From the NCBI GenBank assembly GCA_016748015.1, contig JAAOMT010000697.1:1135336-1199151 (forward strand): a stretch of 63,816 nucleotides of DNA, read 5' to 3'. The DNA is from Geosiphon pyriformis uo1. Lineage: Eukaryota > Fungi > Glomeromycota. Below the pieces are notes generated by a model that saw only the letters and a program-made list of their open reading frames with translations, searched no databases and had not been told where the DNA came from. Below are positions 55,800-63,816 of the stretch, piece by piece. Both the position numbers and the translations under genes were made by a program. Numbering within the stretch: the stretch's first letter is position 1; each line of letters starts with the position of its first letter.

Positions 55800-57688
55800 A
55801 AGTTTTTTTTATTATCAAAAAGTATTATATTAAGTTTTTTAAATAAATTGCTTAATTAATATATGTTTAAAAGAATTGTATAGAAATTATTCTTATCAAG
55901 TGTAACATTAGCTTAGTTTATAAATAAGCTGTTAAATTTTTTGTTTATTTTATTTTTATGCTTAAAATTAATAAAAATATATTTATAGTCTTAAAATTAT
56001 TCAAATTATAAATAATATTTAATAAATAAATATTACGATAAATATAATTATATTAATAAAGTTTTTTCAGTTTAGTAAACAAATAATATATTATTATTTA
56101 TATTATTTACTTATTTTTTGGTAAATATTTAAGATTACATGTTTTCAATTTGATTATATATTTTTTTGGCTAATTTGCTTTAAAAATTAATCTTTTTAAA
56201 AGTTAAATAAGTTTATAATAACTTTTGACAAGCTTGTTTATAAATTTTAATATATTAACATAATTATTGATTTTTTCAAAGCTATAAAGTTTACTTTCCA
56301 AAACAATTTTTTTGACATGGTTTTTAAAAAAGCAATTGTAAAATATTCAAGTTTTAGTAATTTATTGAAAAAGATTACTTTAGCAAAGAAAACATTTTTG
56401 GTAATTATAGTTTTAAAGATATAAACAATATTAATATTTATCTTAATAGTTATATTAAACATTAAAATTATTTAAGTAAAGTTTTATAAACAGTAAAACT
56501 AATGTTTACTAAAACTATTAATTACATAAAAACATATAATATTTTTTATTATAGCAAAACAAATTAAATATTAAATATTCCTAAAATATAATAGATTAAG
56601 CTTGCTAAAATTTGCTATAAGTTTTTTTTGCAGTTTTAAGATTATTTCATACAGTTTTTTTTTGTTTTTTTTATTAGTATATTTTTTAATATATTTGAAA
56701 AATCAAATCTATATTATATTGTTACTAAAGTGTTTTTTGAATTTTTTAAGAAACAAAATATAAAATTATTACAAGACATAGAAAAAAAACTAATAAACAT
56801 TAAAAACAATACACAAAATAAAAACATACTTCTTAATTCTGTTACAGAAAAATTCGTTTTAAAAAATTAGAATTACTATAAAGTAATTTTATAAGATATA
56901 TAATTAATCTATCTATAAGTCCAGCCAGTTATATTTTAGTTTTAATTTTGTTAAATTTTGTTTTAAAAAAAAACAAACTTGATTATAAATACTAATTTAT
57001 TTTTTTAACTATTTTATCAAAATAAAAATAGTTATAAAGTTATTAAAATTAGTTATTGTTAAAATAAAATAATATTATTAATTCTAAATAGATTAAATAC
57101 AGTTAATATAAAAATTAAAATCATAATTTTGCTAAGTCTGAATAATTAAGCATTAAAAACTTTTTCAAAAAAGATATATTAATAAAATCAAACAATTAGC
57201 CAACATAAATTGACAAAATATTAAATGGTTTAATAAAATTTGCATATATGAACTTAATCTTATTAGTTTTTATTGTTGAAAATATTTAAAATTAGAAGAT
57301 TAATAATATTAATATATACAGTTTTTTTGGAAAATATTTATGTTTTACAAATAAAACAATATTTAAAAATATTAAAGTTACAAATATAATACATATAAAT
57401 TAAAATCATTATTTAAAGTCATAAATTCTGTTTTTAATACTCAAATCAAATTATGAAATCATTATTTATTTATTTATTTTTTTTATTAATATTACTCTTT
57501 TATTATCATTTTTTTATTTTTTTTCTTAACTTTTTTTTCTCTTTTAATCTATTTTTTTTATTTTTCATAAACTTTTTAAGTTTTTCTATGTATTTTTTAT
57601 ACTTAGTTATAGTTATTTCTAATTAATATTTAATTTTGTTAATATTAATTACAATATTTTATATATTTATTATAATTTGGTAAAATAT
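55800..57688 (-). pseudogene. More decayed duplicate of the header-REase-kinase CR gene at 11129-13251
   Basis: ORF 56247-56462 (IKININIVYIFKTIITKNVFFAKVIFFNKLL) matches 12530-12630 (LKIIINTVHIFKIMIIKNVFLLKVISLDKPL). DNA is co-linear throughout. Confidence 0.85.
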
Positions 57689-60600
57689 AGTTTAATATAT
57701 GTTTAATTTATGTTAAATTTTTGATTTATTAGTATAAATTTACTATTTAAATAACAAATTTACTTTTATTAAATTATAACAATAATTAGAGTTTTTTATT
57801 TTTGTATAATATAATTTTTATTTAATAACTAAAAAACAAACATATATTATATCATTATTGATTACTATAGAACTATCTTTTCTTTTGATAAGATATACAA
57901 TCAGATATTTTATAACAATATTATCTTATATTATAATAATATATTATTTATAATATATAATTATAAAAATATATTAGCCTAAATATTTTAACTTATTATA
58001 TTAATATATATAAAAAATTAATGTAAATTTTTACAAAAAATTAAAAAAAACCTGACAACTTTAATTTTAATTCAAAATTTTTTGTACTTTTTATAATCAA
58101 TACTATTATTTAGAAATTTTAAAATCTATAATTCTATTATTGACTTGAAAATTGACATAGTTTTTTAATTTATATTACAAATTTCAAAAAAATTTTGCAT
58201 AGTAAAACTAAAAAAATAAAAAAATTAAAGCATTATATAAGATACCAAAATAAAAATTATACAAAAAAAACATCAAAAAGTTATAAAATATAATTTATTT
58301 AGTTGTTTATTCCTTTTGATCTATTATTTAAAATTACATAAACATATTTATAAATGTATTGAGTTTGAAACTGCAAACAAAAAATAAAAGTTAGAACTAT
58401 TAATCATTTTCATAAAGCTCTAAATTCAAATATTTTTTTTATATTACTCTAAATAATTATTTAGTACTATATTAATTAACTAAAATATTAATAATAATTC
58501 ATTATTATTTAGCCAATATTGTAATTGCTTCTGTTTAACAAAATAAAAAAAAAATATTTTAATAAATACTATTATTTTGTTTCAATAAAAAAAGCTAAAT
58601 AATTTGCAAATTTATTTTTTATTTAATCTGTAATTATTTTACAGAACAATAAAACCAAGATTTTTTTTGGTATTTTTATAGTTAAAAAAAATTTTAAATT
58701 ATACAAAGTTTTAAAAGTTAGTTATATTATTAAATTATAATTTTCTAATTAGCATATAATAAAAGTTGATTCTGTTAATTTATTTGCTAATAAATTTAAG
58801 TAATATAAATAATACTTTTTATAATAATTAACTATCAATTTTTATTTATTCATAATATAAAGTTAATACAAGTTTTACTACTTTTATAAATAACTTAAAT
58901 TTATTAATACAAGATATTTCCTTTAATAAATATTAAAAATTAATAATTAAATCAAATTTATCTGGATTTTTTTAATTAATAAAAATTTAAATAAAAATTT
59001 CTATTATATAAAAAACATTTTTGAATATTGTAAAATGTTTTATGCATTTAATTTTGATTATTTTTCAGTTAAAATATGTGCTTTTAATTAATCAACATAT
59101 AATTTAATTAAGTATAATATAGCAATACTTTTTTAAAAACTTGTTAAAATAATATTACCAATTAATAAAATAATTTTCATCTTAATTTTTAGAGTTAAGT
59201 AATTGATTCAAAGCTTGCAATAAAAAATTTTTATTATATTAAAAAGACTGTTACTTTTTAAAAATAAGATTCTATTTTTAAAAAAGCAAGAATAATACAA
59301 TATATTGATAAAAAATACCAAAAAATTTGTGTTTTAGCAATGATTAAAAAATTATACTAATATATATTAATATTTTTTTAACATTAAAAAATATAAAAAC
59401 ATTTTTTGTTGTTTATTTAAATAATATAAAAAAACATCTATTTTTTTTAAAAAAATCAATATTTAAGATAACAAAAATAATTAATTAAACATAAACAACC
59501 TATTAATTTATTTAATAATTTTTTTGTTAATTTAAACAAGTATTAGTTTTATAAAATTATAAGATATTTTCAGAAAAAAAATAAAAAACAACCAAATTTT
59601 TTATGATCTAAGATTTTAAAAAGTTTTATAATTAAGAAATAAAAAAAAATCTATAGTTTAATATATAAATTAAATTGCATTTTTATATTTTAATTAATTT
59701 ATAAATTATATACTATTTAAAATCATAAGAATTTAATATTTTATATTCTAATTAGATAATAAAAGTTCAAAATTACATATTATATAAAATTATAGTTAAT
59801 ATTATTAAAATTAAACATATTTTTATTATATATATATATATATATATAATCTTACATTGATTTTAAACTTTTTAAATAATAATTTAATAATTAATAAAAA
59901 TATAATCTAAATTGTTAAAACATTAACAAATTTGCTTTTAATTATTATTTTATAAATATTATTATTAAAATTTTTTCTATTTTTTTTTATGTTATTAATA
60001 TTATTAACTATTAGTTCTGTTATTTAATAGAAGCTAGTAAATTTTTAATAAACTAATTTATTTTTAAAGTATCTCTCTATATTTTGAGCAATATACTATT
60101 GAATTTATAATAAAATAGTCAATTTTATGCTAATTACTTTTATGTAATTACTTTATAGTAAAAGTTAATTTTTTTTTAAAAAATTTGTTTTTAAGCTATT
60201 TTAATAATATGTTAGTTAATTTGCTATAAAATTTAACTTTTTTACAAAAATTTTAATTGTAGACTATTCAATAATATAAAAATAAGAAATTATAAACCAA
60301 AGAAAAAAAATAAAAAATGTGTATAAGAAAATTATTTCGAATTCAGATTTGAAAGTATTAATAATTACTAAAATTAATAGCTAATTAATTTTAAATATAT
60401 TAGTTTAAGAATATGTATTTTTAAAATAATAATAGTTAAAGATTTTTAGTTTTCAAGATAATTTTATTGAATAATTTGTAGTCAATAATATTAAATATAA
60501 GTTTAATTTCAAGAAAGATACATTTTTGCAAAGAAAAAAGTTTTTTTTTTATATGATTTGTTGTAACATTATTCTATATTCTGATATTTTTTTAATATTT

Positions 60601-60699
60601 TAATAAATTAATATATATTTTATCAAATTACAAGTTATTTTTGTAAATTTATGAATTATTTTAGTAAACTGTTAAATATTTTGTCAAACTTTTAAGAAA

Positions 60700-62398
60700 A
60701 AAATTCCCAAAAAAATAAACTTTAAACTTCTTTTTCTCTTACCTCCAAAAATCTTCAAAAAGTACATTTTCTGTATAAAGAAGTTTTTTTTGTTTTTTTT
60801 TTAGCCTATTTCAATATTTCTTTACCTAATAATAACCTATTTTTCGTGGATATGGAGGCTACTGCTAGTAGCACCACTTCTAAGAAAAAGACTCCTAAGG
60901 GCGCTTTTTATGGTCCTGTTGATGGTTTCTTTTCTTAGAAGAAGAAAGTTGTTCTTAGCAATATCAAACACTCTGATGATGAAAAAGATATATCCTTAAG
61001 CAAATCTGGATCTAGTGATAGTATTTATTCTGATGTGGAAAGTCTATCTGGTGAGAATGAGGATGTTAGCATGTCTGGTGTAATTGGTGGGTCTTTTTTG
61101 GACTTGGCTGCTATTACACCCAAGACGAAGTAAGTCAATATTGGTATAGTTTTTGGTTCTCTACTCGGCTCTCCCAACTTTCATATGGATGATAATGAAG
61201 TTGTGCTCCTTTCTTGCTTACTTGTTTCTCTTGAAAAGAAGTGAATTGACCCAAAAATTATCAAAACTTCTGTGGAAGTGTTATTTAGAAAGTTATTTAC
61301 TTTGAATATTAATCTCTCAGCTGTGGAAAGTAAATCAGTAACAGCAAAAACTCAGTTAATTAGAAAAATATTTTCAACAATTAATGGTTTTGGGGAGGCC
61401 ACTACTCCCTCAAAATTTGAGGGAATCATCTAATTAACATTTATTTCAGAAAAAAGCATAGAAATAGCCACATCATTGGCCAAAGAAAAAGGGATTGATG
61501 TAAACAGCAATCTTAAGAGACAAGAAATAAGATCAGATCAGACTGTGGTGATTGAGGAAATTTCTATGGACACACCTAAAAATATAATTGTTGTCGCAGT
61601 ATCCAAATTTGGAGAAATTAAGTCAATTAAAATTCAACTGATTGGAATGTGGCAAAAAACTGTGATGGAATTTGCTGAATTAGACCAAGCTAATTTGTTA
61701 GCCTCTAAGTGATCATTCTTAATTGGTAAGGATTCTATGCATGTAGCCAAATCAGTAAGGGATCATGAAACTTGGGCATTAAGGGATCAGTTTAGAGCAC
61801 TTTTGTTTATTTTGCCAGTAGGAACAATGACACATGATCTTGGAACTCTTCTGGAAAGGGCTAGTGGAAAAACTTGTGTCATAAACAGATCTATGGAAAC
61901 TGGTTATAGAATTTGTTGTGCTGTAGTTAGTTTTGAATCTGATGATGATCTGGAATCTGTTTTTTGCATAAAGCCGATTCTTGGTGATATTAAACTTTTT
62001 TGGACAAAGATAGATCTGGTTTAGTATGAGAAATATGAGAAGTTTGGTCATTCTGTTCTAGAATGTGATGCATCTGTTGCATCTTTCTCTAAGCCTTTAA
62101 AAACATTTAAAAGAGTTGTGTTTGATGAATGTCGTCTTCAGTTGGCTAAGTTGTATAAGAAAAAAAGTGTTCCAATATCTCACCCTGCTGTTTTTGGTAG
62201 TAAATCTTGGGCCCAGGTGGTCTCACTTGTTGGTTCTTCTGATGGTTTTCACTTTGCTTCTGGTTTTGGTTCCCCTTTTTTCAGCATCTCAGGTTTAAAT
62301 AATGGTTTCTTTTCTGTCTTGATTGACAATTTGTCTTTAGATGCTCATTTGGTCTTTTTAGAGCAATCCTTAGAGCTACTAACAAACCAAGTTTTTAG
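60700..62398 (+). mobile_element. LINE 5' part (ORF1 pseudogene from 60852), interrupted by LTR element
   Basis: MEATASSTTSKKKTPKGAFYGP..., an RRM-like part (61476-62024), decayed knuckle ..KFGHSVLEC, and coiled coil LEQSLELLTNQV, followed by an abrupt switch of sequence. Confidence 0.85.
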
Positions 62399-62867
62399 TG
62401 ATATGGTTGAAACTTATACTTCTTATTAATTATCACATGTATTAGCCACTGATGTTACATAAATTAGCCACCTTATTTTTAGAAAATGATTATTGACCTA
62501 ATCAATGACCTGACTGTTGACTTGATCATTAATCTAGTCATTGACTTAATCATTGACCACTTTTAATAGCTATATAAGTGATGAATCTTTCAGCTATAAA
62601 AAGACATGATCTATTGAACAGAAATAAATAAATAAAATATCAACTTTCATCTCAATCACTCTTTTATTGCTAAATTTTTTTTTCCCTACCTTCAAGTATC
62701 TGAACATCTTAAAGATAAAAGATTACTTGTTGGCATTTATCTACCCTTTTTTCTGAAATATATAATTGCAGCATTTGAAGATTATTAAATAAAACATGAC
62801 TGATGAGCATATCTGATACCTGATATTGAATTCTAAGAGCGCCAATGTGAGCCATAGAATTATATCA
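62399..62867 (+). repeat. 5' LTR of Ty3/Gypsy-like element
   Basis: TGATATG...TATATCA termini (TG..CA with short inverted repeat), TATA box tatataag at 62571, AATAAA at ~62623. Confidence 0.7.
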
Positions 62868-63816
62868 GGCATGATCATTTGTTAACAGTATAAACTATCC
62901 CTTTACTTTCAGATTCCTGGTTATTCTTTGAAAAGAATAGTGACTGAGATATTTTATGAAACTGATCTTGCACATTAAATCCATACTCATTCAATTCACT
63001 CTTTGAAGTTGAATTCCTTTTGATTAATTCCATCACTCTACAATTCTGTTCTCCCTTGCTATTCGTTAACTTGTTACTCTAACCTATAACATAAAAGTGG
63101 TGCTTCCTGTAAGATTGTCAAAATTCACTTATTTTCTCATTGTATGAGTGATTATTTATACTTGTCACAGCAATCAGAAGAACACTTTGCAGCACACAAC
63201 AGAAATGACCTAAACTTTATTAAACTTAATTCTTTGCCTTTCTGCTTGATCTGCTTTTCCCTTGAAGAACAATTCAGTAGACAATTCCAAGACTTTTGGA
63301 ACTGATTCTTGAATGAGCATTCAGCTGAAATCTACACAGCATATACAACCTATTACTTTGATCAAGCTTATTTTGAAGACAATTTTGAAGAAAAAAATAA
63401 CAGCATCAATCAGCTTTTATACTTCACAACTTTCATACAACAACCCCTAATTTCGAATATCTAAATCACCAAATTCACATTTGGATTGCTGTTTATTAAT
63501 CAGCTATAACTTTCCTTGAAACAGAAGAAGAAAGCTATCAAACTGCTTCTATTTTTGATCTTTTCTCAAGCAATTCAGATCATTTCTCTCAAACAATAAC
63601 TCCTGAACCAATGGCCTAAGATCCAATACAAGCAAATATTCTGGCTGCCTTTCAAGATATACAAACTGCTTTGGGGTAAAAAAACAACACCCCACTATCA
63701 TTATTTAGAGCTGATGCACAAGATCCAATTAAATAGTTGGATGACTTTGAAAAAGCTGCTACAGCTAACCAATACAATGATGAATACAAGTTTCAAATTG
63801 TTGGTGGCTACCTCCA
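62399..63816 (+). mobile_element. Ty3/Gypsy-like LTR retrotransposon (5' LTR, leader, decayed gag), runs off window
   Basis: Gag-like ..PLSLFRADAQDPIK*LDDFEKAATANQYNDEYKFQIVGGYL at 63690-63816 (F.G..QDP.EWL..FE.AA.AN pattern). Confidence 0.8.

Larger units (their letters stand above)
51715..57828 (-). repeat. Right arm of inverted segmental duplication, interrupted by LINE insertion 53311-55546
   Basis: Reverse-complement homology to 10980-15245 on both sides of the insertion. Confidence 0.9.

Noticed and set aside
57830-60650. Relics of further elements
   Set aside because: Too A/T-saturated to assign.
1-63816. Organelle or bacterial origin of the whole window; CRISPR arrays; rRNA/tRNA genes
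   Set aside because: Spliceosomal introns and eukaryotic TEs are present throughout. No regularly spaced repeat-spacer array or RNA gene was recognisable.

Overview
Extremely AT-rich eukaryotic DNA with GT-AG introns. The TE and gene families point to a Glomeromycotina fungus resembling Geosiphon pyriformis; this is an inference from recalled family resemblance, not a search. Nearly everything recognisable is pseudogenised by massive C>T/G>A mutation. TEs: several non-LTR (LINE; EN-RT-RNase H) relics, two ~2.3-kb ORF1-only non-autonomous LINEs with their own 3' ends, poly(A) tails and TSDs, a full-length pogo/Tigger element, a Sola-type transposase, and a Ty3/Gypsy LTR element nested in a LINE at the right edge. 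Genes: Crinkler(CR)-type effector pseudogenes in which one upstream+coiled-coil 'header' exon is joined to different toxin modules (REase+kinase vs NTPase+REase), class-3 lipase-like genes lacking the catalytic Ser, a small secreted-peptide ORF, and a HAD-family gene that looks Mollicutes-endosymbiont (MRE) derived, 10 nt behind the Sola transposase. A ~4.3-kb inverted duplication (10980-15245 vs 51715-57828) brackets the centre. A 20-N scaffold gap lies at 50613-50632. Boundaries of decayed elements are approximate.
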